DNA from: Rebecca billardiae RCC1528
Taxonomy: Eukaryota; Protista; Haptophyta
NCBI GenBank assembly: GCA_965240325.2
Contig: OZ251228.1
Location: forward strand, 2,542,001 to 2,606,000
Direction of reading: 5' to 3'
DNA length: 64,000 bases
The position numbers were made by a program, and so were the translations under genes. The notes beneath the pieces are model-generated. The model searched no databases, was not told the origin of the DNA, and saw only the letters and a list, made by a program, of their open reading frames with translations. Positions 34,579 through 44,275 of the stretch are shown here, piece after piece. Numbering within the stretch: the first letter of the stretch is position 1; every line of letters starts with the position of its first letter.

Positions 34579-35181
34579 CTACTGATTGCGTTGCTGGTCG
34601 TCGGACACCTCAGCAAAGATCTGTGCGAGTGGCTTGTCTAGAGCGCGCGGGACCGCAACGGCCATGGCTGTCGCGGTTGGGAGCTCCCCTCGGCGTTTTG
34701 CATCCTGTACGCCGCCAACGACGTCGCGCAACACATCCGCTTTGAGCCCAGAGAACATGACGAACGCACCATCGACGCGCGCAGGCCTGGCCGGGATGAT
34801 GGCATCGCGGTCGTCAAGGGTGTTGAGAATCTTCTCGAGCGGGAGCTTCAAGTCGGCCTGTGAGAGCGGCGCGATGGGGATGTGGCCGACACGGGGCGAC
34901 GCATAGCCATCGACGATGTCCGCGAGCGCGCCGAGCTCGTCATCGCCCAGGCCCGCGACGATGCATCCTCGAGGCCCGAATGCCTCCGGCACTTCACGCG
35001 ACGCGTCGCCGTAGGCCGCAAACTGGCCGCCACCCGAGGCGGCTGCCGAGGCACGCGCAGCGCCACGCCGTACGCTTCTGAGAGTAGGCGCTGGTCGGTC
35101 TGGGATTGGACGGATGTGTCCGAGCAAGGAGTTTGCTCCACTCAGCAAGGTAGTCATCAAGGCGAGGCCGACCGCCGCCAT
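34579..35181 (-). CDS. DUF3783-like protein, probably plastid-targeted
   Basis: Signal peptide MAAVGLALMTTLLSGANS plus basic transit-like stretch; FVMFSGL...MAVAVPRALDKPLAQIFAEVSDD. Start could instead be 35211. Confidence 0.65.
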   Translation of the reverse strand: MAAVGLALMTTLLSGANSLLGHIRPIPDRPAPTLRSVRRGAARASAAASGGGQFAAYGDASREVPEAFGPRGCIVAGLGDDELGALADIVDGYASPRVGHIPIAPLSQADLKLPLEKILNTLDDRDAIIPARPARVDGAFVMFSGLKADVLRDVVGGVQDAKRRGELPTATAMAVAVPRALDKPLAQIFAEVSDDQQRNQ

Positions 35182-35699
35182 AAAGACTGGCCGATGTGGC
35201 GACACTCCCATAGCTTTTCCTGACGGCCCGAGGTACGAGTGGTCGTTGCCCGCAAAACTACACGAAAATAAACATTTTGCCACGTTTGCGGAAATGGCGG
35301 GGCTCCCGGCCGCTCTGCCGCTGACTTCGCCCGCTGGCAGGCGCAGTGGGAGCCGACCACTCGTACCTTCGCTTCGGCCGTCAGACAGGAGGTCGTGTAC
35401 CGCCCGCGCGCCGCGGCCTCGCACGGCGCGGAGAGGCCGCTCCAGGGGGCGACATCCGCTTGGGCGCGGTCCATCTTGACGCCCTCAAGGGGCCCACAGC
35501 GCCTAACGCCCCTGCACGCTTCACCTCGCCGCGCGCGAGCGCGTTCAAAACGGCCTCCATCCTGAGCTCCATCCGCGGCCAGTCTTTATGCTGAAGCAGC
35601 GCACTTGTTTGTGGATGTGCCCACCAAGGGGTCTCACAAATACAAAAACTGTGCCCTGGCGGGCGGGGGGGTCGGCGGGCCGTGCCAGTGCTGTCGCAA

Positions 35700-36300
35700 T
35701 ATTTCCTCTGCGGGTTCGCGTCTTTCATCCACATTCGCTCGTGGCCGTGGGTGACGGGCCACAGTCCGAGGGCGAGGACCAGTGACACCTGAACGTGAAG
35801 GCTGAAGTTCTCCCACGTGTACACGTCTGTACTCTGTGCGCATCAGCGAGGCCCACACCCACGAGGGAACGTGCAGCACGCGGGGCGGGGCGGGTAGCCC
35901 GTTGCTCCGCGCGAGCGCGGGTACGCGCTGTATGTGCCGCATCTCGACCGCGATGGCGTAATCGAGCGCCTCGCCGCCGACGAAGCCGCCAGAGTAGATC
36001 GTGTGCATGTCCTCCTGCCGCCAGCCGAGAGCGGTCGTCGCGAGGACGCTTGCCGATGTCCGCTCCGGGCATGATGGGCTCGGCGCAGGTCGCGTTGACA
36101 TCGTACACGGCCGCCACGCTGAGCACGAGCGCGTTGACGTTCACGCGCTCGTCGCTCTTCGCCTCTTCGACAGGTATGGCGCCCGCGTGTTCGGCGGCAC
36201 GAGGAGCTGTTGGTTGTGCGCGCGCGCGCGCACAGCGACAGCGTGTGCCACTCGCGATCGAGAGTGGGCACGAGCTGCTCACGCGGGCACACGAATTGCA
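35700..36300 (-). pseudogene. Frameshifted coding relic, possibly Ulp1/C48 peptidase-like
   Basis: Fragments in different frames: EDMHTIYSGGFVGGEALDYAI, VLHVPSWVWASL, YRRVH/YTWENF, LWPVTHGH. Motif order is only loosely Ulp1-like. Confidence 0.25.
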
Positions 36301-37084
36301 GCGCATCCGTCACCGGCGTGACGACTTCCGCCTCGTCCCGCAGCGCCTGCGCCATGGACGAGGATGGCGCGGCGATGTTGCATGCTCGACGTTTCATCTC
36401 TCTGCGGATGGCATCACGGGCTTGTCTGTGTCGCGCTGCGGCGAGGGTCGCCAACTCGCGAAGACGCGGTTGCTGCCACGGCGACAGACCCGGGAGGTGC
36501 GTCCGCTGCGCGTCGTACGCCGTTGGCGCTGCGCTTCCGTCGCGTTGGTCACCGTCGATGCCATGCAGGCCGGACGTGGGCTTCGGCTGAGGGACCGCGA
36601 GCGACGACTGAGTCCGGTGCGCGGATTCCGGCGATCGAGTTCAGAAGGCCGCGCCAAATCTTGCGTCGCGTGCGATGGCGCTTCCCGCCCGCGAGACGCC
36701 TCGTGATGAGGGCTTTCTCGCACCGAGCCCGACGCGCGACGGTGGATCGCGCGAGGCGGTCATCGTGCGCAGCACATGATGCTATGGCCGGTGCGAGCTT
36801 TCGACGTGCACGTCGGGCGAGGATCGCCCCAGGTCTCACGATCGTGTCGACGCGCCGAGCGTACCGCTCCAAACGCGTCGATTTAGACCCGGTCGACCTG
36901 CACGCGAGACGACGAGGGCAGCAATCGCGAATCGGGCGAAAACCCGTCTAGGGAATCCTCGCGTGATGTCCGCGCCGGCGTTGGATTTGGCGCGCGCCGC
37001 CCATGCGCTCCGCGCCATCGGGGAGATGTTTTCGGCCGAGCGTCCCCAGTGGGAGCTGCGAGGGCGCCCGGTAGTGAGCGAAGC

Positions 37085-37180
37085 GATTTTCTTTTCTCTG
37101 CGAGGCGATTTTCTTTTTCTGTTTCTTTTTCTTATCTTTTCCCCGGGCACTACAAGGGGCGGACCTACGGCCCGCCATAC
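37085..37180 (+). repeat. Dispersed repeat shared (inverted) with 62523-62540 plus 63275-63350; uninterrupted copy
   Basis: tgcgaggcgattttctttt...cccgggcactacaaggggcggacctacggcccgccata matches the reverse complement of both flanks of the 62544-63274 insertion. Confidence 0.8.
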
Positions 37181-37209
37181 CAATAAGTGTGCACGTTAAA
37201 TCATAGTAA

Positions 37210-37590
37210 ACTGTAACCCACTGGGGAGGAAGCCCCCAGTGCTCTGTACCCTGGGGGCCTGGGGTTTGAGCAAGGGGTCTTACAAATAACCCACTGGGGA
37301 GGAAGCCCCCAGTGCGAGCTCGGTCCCATGCTCTGTACCCCGCGGTTCTTAAGTCCGGTGATTTCGCAGGCTTCAGCGGTGATTTTCTAGCCGAAACGCC
37401 TATTCTGAACGATCTCCGGACAAAAAGCCACTGTGGCCAGGCTTCCAAAACACCGGACTCTGGAACCGCGGGGTACGGAGCATGGGTCCACTTGCCTTCC
37501 TCCCCAGTGGATTTTTAAAGTCTCCTTGGTTTGAGAGTCCGCGGTGTTTTTGCAGGCTTCAGCGGTACTTTTCTCGCTGAAACGCCTATA
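37210..37590. repeat. Small foldback/MITE-like structure with nested direct and inverted repeats
   Basis: aacccactggggaggaagcccccagtgc occurs at 37216 and 37288; arm 37288-37365 is imperfectly inverse to 37448-37513; gcaggcttcagcggt...gaaacgcctat occurs twice. Confidence 0.6.
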
Positions 37591-37986
37591 TGTGGCGTTA
37601 TAGGGAACCTATAACTGAGTGTCTATGAGCGACGCCAAGAATCCGGCTAGCATGGCATTCCTGTTTTGCGGTCCCGCGCGCACCGCCGCGCGCAGGACTG
37701 TCCTGGTGCGCTGCCAATCCGGCACACAGCGGCGCACCCGCAGGACTCGGTTGATTACCGCCCATCGTGGCCATCAGGTCTCGCTCTGCGGGCGACATCG
37801 GGCTGCCCACGACGAAGGCGCCGAGCTGGGCAGGGGGATCGCCTGCATCACGGGCACTGCCGGGTGCACTCTCCGCTGCAGGAGGTGCACCGCAGTCGCC
37901 GCAGCCCCTCTGCTCGGTAAGGTCGCTGGCTGTCTGTGTGGCCCGGCTCCCCGCCTGATCGTCGGCGGCGCGACGACGTCATCTCC

Positions 37987-38106
37987 ACAGCCCTCAAAAT
38001 CGTCCCCCGTCCCCTTTTCTTTGATCAAAAGATCTTTATTTTGACAACGTAGTGAGGGCCCCCGGCGGGGCTCCACGCTACGCGCTCCGCCCTGCACCGC
38101 GGGCCA
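37987..38106 (-). mobile_element. Orphan 5' end (E6) of the E3/E4 subfamily
   Basis: About 120 bp matching 31750-31865; no 3' hairpin end seen. Confidence 0.8.
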
Positions 38107-38276
38107 TTGTATATTATTTATAATTAACTCAATCGAAGGCCCGCCGTCACTCCCGAGTCAGACGTCAGTGGCACCAGTCACTCCGTCAGGTCTCAGGAGC
38201 CCTGGAGCCAAGGGAGGCTGCTGCCAATCCGATTAGCTGCCAGGCCTACGGCTCGTCGGTGTACTAGGTCGGGTCG

Positions 38277-40115
38277 CTAGGTAGGATGAGGCGTCATAGT
38301 CAGCTGCCACTGGGGCTGATGATCCATCAGCTCCTTGGCCGCCTCGAGCTCTGGCCACGGGCAGCTCAGCGCCGTCAGTTGCAGCTGCTGCATCGGCCAG
38401 CCGCGCATGCCGATCTCGTGGAGCGAGTGGTTGACTCCGCGCGAGAGCGCGCGCAGCCACGCCGCCCGAGCGCGCGGCGCCAGCGCCAGCGCCGCGCCCA
38501 CGTCCTCCCCGCGCGCCCTGCGCGGGATCCACGTGTAGCAGTAGGGCGGGCACATGCCGTGGTGGCCGCGCACCTTGGCGTTGCCCGCGATCGCGAGCGC
38601 GCCCACCGCGCGCGCCATCGGCACGCACGGGTTCACGCGCGGCTCGAGCAGGAGGCCGCACTGCGACTTGCGCGCGCGCTCGGCCGCCGCGCCCTGCTCC
38701 TCGCCGCCGCGCTGCGCCGTGCGCTCCGCCGCCTCTGCGGTGTGTACCGGCACGTACACCTCTGCGCGCACGCAGTGCACGCGCTCGCGCGGCACAACAG
38801 CGCCGCCGCCGTCGCGCGCGGCGGCCGCGCACGCGCCGCCGCGGCTGTGCGTGCCGAGCGCGCCGAGTGGCAGCCAGCCCGCAGCGTCGTCAGCGGGCTC
38901 CAGCCCGGCAGCCGTCGCGTTCTTCTTCCCAGCCGCCGGCCGCGTGCTGCTCGCAGCGCGCGCCCGTGCGGCGGCGGCGGCGGCATCCGTGGCAGCGGCC
39001 GTGCCGTTCTGAGCGCTGGCGTCGGGCGGAGCCGGCGCCGCGAGCGGCCCGGCGCGCCATCGCCTCGATTGAGCGACCGCCGCGCCCCAGCGCCGCTCAA
39101 ACGTGCGCACCACGTGCGCGTGGACCTGCGCGTCCGCGCGCGCGTGCGTACCCACGAGCTGGCGGCACTCGGCCGCGTCGTGCGCGCTCGCGCACGGCGT
39201 GTGCGCGCGCCTCACCGCCCTCTGGCACTCGTCGAGCTCGGCGGGTGTGGACGCGTCGGAGGCGTTGCAGCTCGAGCCGCGCACGCCAGGCTGCCGCGCG
39301 CCGCCGATCTCCGCCCCGAGCCGCGTGAAGTCCAGCCCCGTCAGCTGCGAGAGCGCCTCCAGCCCCGCCCCCATCCGCTCGAGGGGCCACGCGAGGTCAA
39401 ACGAGTCGACAAACGCGAGGATGGACGCGAGGCGGGCGGCGTCGATCGGGCCGGCGCGCTTGATGCGCATCTGCGTGTTGCCGTCGACGAGGTAGTACAT
39501 GGCGTGCGCCTGCAGGTCCGGCGCGCTCGACGCGAACCTCTCGAACTGCGCCTGCGCGCTGCTCGCGCCGTGCGCCGCACGCGCCGCGCGCTCGTCAAAG
39601 ACGCGCCACATGAAGTAGCTCACGTAGAAGCGGAGCGGGTCGCGCGTGCGGATCGTGAGCACGACGCGGCAGGTGGCAGTGCGCGCGCCCCACGCGCGCA
39701 GCTCGACGAGCTGCTCGTGCATCGCGCGGTAGAGTAGCGGCCCTCGCTTTCGCTTCGGCAGCTTGGCCTGGTACTCAAGGCCCGTGTAGTTGTTGACCGA
39801 GTGCACCTCGAGGCAGAGGCGCACGGGATCCTTGGTGCCGCTGGTCTCGACGTGCGAGCGAAGCCGCTCGAGCGTGGCGCTGAGCGGGCCCGGCGACTGC
39901 CAGAAGCCCCAGTAGACGCACTCGCCGCGCATTTGGAGCAGGGACAGCATCTCGCGTATCGACGTGCCGCCGGTCTTCGGAACATGGCGGTCGCTGTACA
40001 CGAGGCAACGCGGCGCGGGGACGGACGCGTAGCACTCTGAACCCACCGAGGACGAGGCGCCGCGCGCCCGCGCCGCGAGCAGCGACGCGATCAGCGCCAG
40101 GAGCGGGGGCGTCAT
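38277..40115 (-). CDS. Secretory-pathway (Golgi-type) sulfotransferase-like protein
   Basis: Signal MTPPLLALIASLL; PAPS-binding motifs HVPKTGGTS and RDPLRFYVSYF. Confidence 0.75.
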   Translation of the reverse strand: MTPPLLALIASLLAARARGASSSVGSECYASVPAPRCLVYSDRHVPKTGGTSIREMLSLLQMRGECVYWGFWQSPGPLSATLERLRSHVETSGTKDPVRLCLEVHSVNNYTGLEYQAKLPKRKRGPLLYRAMHEQLVELRAWGARTATCRVVLTIRTRDPLRFYVSYFMWRVFDERAARAAHGASSAQAQFERFASSAPDLQAHAMYYLVDGNTQMRIKRAGPIDAARLASILAFVDSFDLAWPLERMGAGLEALSQLTGLDFTRLGAEIGGARQPGVRGSSCNASDASTPAELDECQRAVRRAHTPCASAHDAAECRQLVGTHARADAQVHAHVVRTFERRWGAAVAQSRRWRAGPLAAPAPPDASAQNGTAAATDAAAAAARARAASSTRPAAGKKNATAAGLEPADDAAGWLPLGALGTHSRGGACAAAARDGGGAVVPRERVHCVRAEVYVPVHTAEAAERTAQRGGEEQGAAAERARKSQCGLLLEPRVNPCVPMARAVGALAIAGNAKVRGHHGMCPPYCYTWIPRRARGEDVGAALALAPRARAAWLRALSRGVNHSLHEIGMRGWPMQQLQLTALSCPWPELEAAKELMDHQPQWQLTMTPHPT

Positions 40116-41093
40116 CGCCGCATGGCGTCCACCCAGCTCCTGGTCCGGAGGCGCGGGAACGACAGTTTCGAACAGAGCGCCGATCGATATGAGTGGCCGG
40201 CCAATGGCTGCGTCACCATCGCGTGAGTTGCCCCCGGGTGGCACTTCCCCGCCTGACGTACCGGCCGACGTACCGGGATGCTGACGCACCGAGTGCCGCC
40301 GCCAACGGCCGCGGCGCGCGCGGTGACGCCTCGTGTACCTGTACTTCAGGGTGGCAGGGCGTCCCTTCGTCCTGCCGGCCCTTTCGGTCGGCGTGAGGGA
40401 CTGCATTCGGCGACAGTCAGCGGCCACACCGATCTCATCGAGGTGCGGGCAGGCGATGACCTGTGGCCAGCACTGCACGGCGGCGGCCGTTTCGAGCCGA
40501 GCGCCGAGAGCGTGCTCGCACACGTGCCCACGCTACGGGAGGTCGGCGCCATGTGGGAGGTGCTTGTGACCGACAGCTCGCGCCCAGTCACGGACAGCGG
40601 CCAGGCGCGCATGGTGGTCATTGACGCAGACACCCGGCAGCATCTGCTCGCGCGCGCAGGCTTTGCAAAGCAGCAGCGACCCCTTCGTCGCCCGGCTGTT
40701 GTGCGCGACGCGGGGCAGCCCAGGCGCTCTGCCTCTGCTACCATCATGGGGGTCGCCGAGCACCGAGTGCCAACCGGGCGAGCCCAGCAACGCGCAATCA
40801 TCCGAGCAGTCGATGCTGCCGAGCGAAAGGCTGCGCATGCAGCCGATGGAGATGGCGCGCAGGGCAGCCACAGACCGCGCCAAGAGCCAACACCCATCTT
40901 CGCCAGGGCAGAGCCGCGCTTTGCTCCGCGGACCGGCGACGACCACTACAACGGCGTTCGCCACTCGCGTCGCCCGCATCGAGCAAACCACCACATGCCA
41001 CACAGCATCAACTCCAGCTACGCAGCGTACTAACTGTCGGCTAGCACGTGCTAGCTCATATACGTGGTGTCATTGGCATCATGGCAATAACGG

Positions 41094-41232
<139 letters not shown>

Positions 41233-41905
41233 GTTAAGAAAATGATGGGGCTTGCTTAGTTGCTATCTGCGGATCTGTGGCCCGCAAAACACTAAGACTA
41301 CAGTAGCGATTGGCTGGTTCGCTATCCGCAGAGTCACACTAAGAAACGACCGGGACTACGACTGTCTACGTGAGTACGTTAATCGTCACGCGGCTGACGA
41401 GTTGTCCGACGCCGCCGAGGCGGAGGCGCAGTGCCAGTGGCCGTGGGACGCGGCGCACGGCCCGACTACGAGTACAGGCCAAGTCCCGACTTCTCCTGAT
41501 GACTGACTCCTTGCCAGTGCACCGCAGCATCCATGCAACATCAGGCCAGATTTGCTCCAAAATGGCCCAAAAATATATTTCGTCGGCCTCGCCGGCCGGG
41601 CCAAAAGACTCAGCGGGGGGCTCTGCCCCCCTGCGCCCCCCGCGCCTGCGCGGCGGGCGGACCTAGCCAAGAAACTGAGACCCCGTAGGCGCTCGGGCTA
41701 CCGAACGGCTAAGAAACCGAGACTAGCCGTGAGATCTCTGACATCTTCTTGCCCGCGATTGCCTGTATGCTGTTGGCAATGCGATGGTCATGACCGCCAT
41801 CGGACCCGCCCCGCCCGGCCTAGGCCTACCTCCCGCCCGGCCTAGGCCTACCTAGTGGGGGGCGGGCTGTCCACGACCACGAGCACTCACTAACATATAT
41901 ATATA

Positions 41906-43790
41906 TGATCGGCTACGCCGATCTTCGGGTAGTGAACAACGAAGTTGAGGGCGCACGGCCCTAGTGGCTAGTCACCATCACGCAGCTAGTGAGCTTGTGA
42001 ATGTGAGCAGCAGCCGCGGCTTGTGACGACACGGTCGGACGGTCGGACGGTGCCGGTGCGGCGGGGGCAGCGGCGGCGCGACGGCGTCGGCGGTGGCGCG
42101 CTCGTAGTCGTACAGCGTCTGCAGCGGCGTCGGCGGTGGCGCGCTCGTACAGCGTCTGCAGCACGTGCGCAGCGTGACTGCGTGTGCAGCAGCGCGCCGC
42201 TCAGCTCCCGCCGCTCCACGCCGCCGCAGCGGCGCGCGCGGCGCGCGCCCGCCTCGGCCGCGCCGCCGCCAGCTGCTGCGCCGTCGGTGACGGCGGTGGG
42301 TCGAGTGCAGAGAGGAGGTGGATGAGCCAGTGCAGCCCGGACTGCGTGACGTCCACGTCCACCACCGCGTCCTCCTTCGCCACCGCCATCTCCTCCGCCC
42401 GCCCCGCCCCCCAGCGGCGGTCCCACCACTTAGTTAGTAGGCGGCGACCGCGGCCCGGCGCGTCACGCCGCGCGCGCCCGGCGAGCGCTCGGATGACGAA
42501 CCGGCTGGGCGGCAGCGTGGGCGGCGAGGCGACGCGCTCTCCGCCGCTGACGGAGGAGTTGACGGAGGTCGTGCGCGCGAGGTCGGCGGCGGTGTGCGCG
42601 GCGGCGCTGGGCGAGTGCGCCAGCCTCTCGGGCAGCACTGAGCACATGCCCCGCCGCGCGCCCGCCGCCGCCCAGGCTCCCGCGCTCGGCCGCGCGCCGC
42701 GCCGCCGCGCTGTCCGGATGGCGCACCTCCCTCGACTGCGCCGCCACCATCGCCCTCGCTCCCTGCAGTCGCCGCCCCCGCCGCCTGCCGTGACGCGCCC
42801 GCCGCGCGCCGTGGGCGGCACTCGCGGGCGTTGTCGTCGGCTGAGAGCCGGCGGCGGTGACGCGCGGGCGGCCGCCGATGGCGAGGGTGAGGACGGACAT
42901 GCCGTTCGGCGCGCCTCCCTCGTCCTCGGTGCCGCCACCACCGCCCTCGCTCCCTTCAGCCGCCGCCCCCGACGCCTCCGCTTCGGGCGCTTCCGCTGCA
43001 CGCCGCGTCGCGCCCCACGCGATCGCCCCACGCGATCGCGCACGTAGTGCCGGCAGTTGGCGACTGTTCGCGACCAGAGCCCAGAAGTGACGGTTCGTTA
43101 ACTCGTACCATAAAACTTTCCCTACAATAGGCAGAATCAAAGCCGATCGCTGCCCTTTCAAGTTGTCCAGGACACAATCGTTTTCAGAGAGCTGTTAATC
43201 CTCGCAGATAGAGATGTCGAATCCCACCCGCATGAGCAAGTCAGTAGCTCGATAGCTGTATGATATGAGAGCGCGCGGGAACGTCGGTTCGGACTACCCG
43301 CGCAATAACATCTTTGGTTCGCTTTATGCAGAATCTCGTTTCAGTTGAATGGCGGGCGATCGTCTTTCGTTGAAACGGTGTTTTTGAAGCGCAGTTCTCT
43401 TAAGAGAAGAGGGATGCGTCTAATCTAAAACGCTGTTTTTCAGAAGCGCGTGAATCAAAGCTGACGACCCAACCTATCGTTTCTATGGTTGGCGAGCTGT
43501 TTCAGGCTCTTACAATTCAGGCATCTTACTATGACGGAATGTTCTAACACACGGCTGGTGTTATGTGCTATTCCACCCTGCATTCCCCTAAGTGTTACTA
43601 TCGTTAAAATTAGCATCTACTACAAACGCAATCATTGCGGCAGCGATATCCACTCATACGCGGTGGCCACCTACCGAAAAATCCCCAACATCCTGCGCGC
43701 ATCCTCTTTTTGATTTTGCGGAGCACGTGCGCCGCCCCCCCCCCGGCTTTCGCTCACGCTCAGACCTTTCGGGGGGGGGGCCGTGCGCCA
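41906..43790 (-). mobile_element. Element E8: distant subfamily with the same terminal architecture but different paired sequences
   Basis: Minus strand starts TGGCGCACGGCCC; 12-bp IR partner at 41950-41961; terminal hairpin GATCGGC-(3 nt)-GCCGATC-A abutting (TA)n; spacer resembles that of E1-E7. Confidence 0.75.
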
Positions 43791-44275
43791 TAATTATACT
43801 TACTAACGTACTACTAGATAGCTCATTGTGCCAGTCGTGGAGTCACAGTGATGACAGATGAGTCACAGTGGTGATGCTTAGTCAGTTCAACATCAGACTG
43901 TGACTCAATAATTTTGAATAATAATATATATATATAATAATTGCTAGCTAGACTCATCTAGTGATGTAACGTGCTGGCAGCGCGGTCCGCTCAGGCGGCC
44001 CCTCTTAAGTCGGATTAAAACTCTTAGACTTATATAAGTCTTAGTGTTCTAAGTCCGCATTATCAGAGTAGCAAACTAGTGCCGCTGACGATGATCACAT
44101 GACGATGATATGCGGTGATGACGATGATGATGTCCGCCAAGTGCGTAAGGCGTACTCACTGTATACTGTAAACGTGAGTAGGCCGACTACTAGGCTGCCC
44201 GGCGACGGTGGCCCAGTCGGTGGCGGGCGGGCCGACGCCCCGACCCCGACCGGCCGCATGAGCACCTGCGCTTGG

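Noticed and set aside
40278-41033. 251-aa plus-strand ORF divergent from the sulfotransferase
   Set aside because: Partly protein-like but no recognisable domain; insufficient support.
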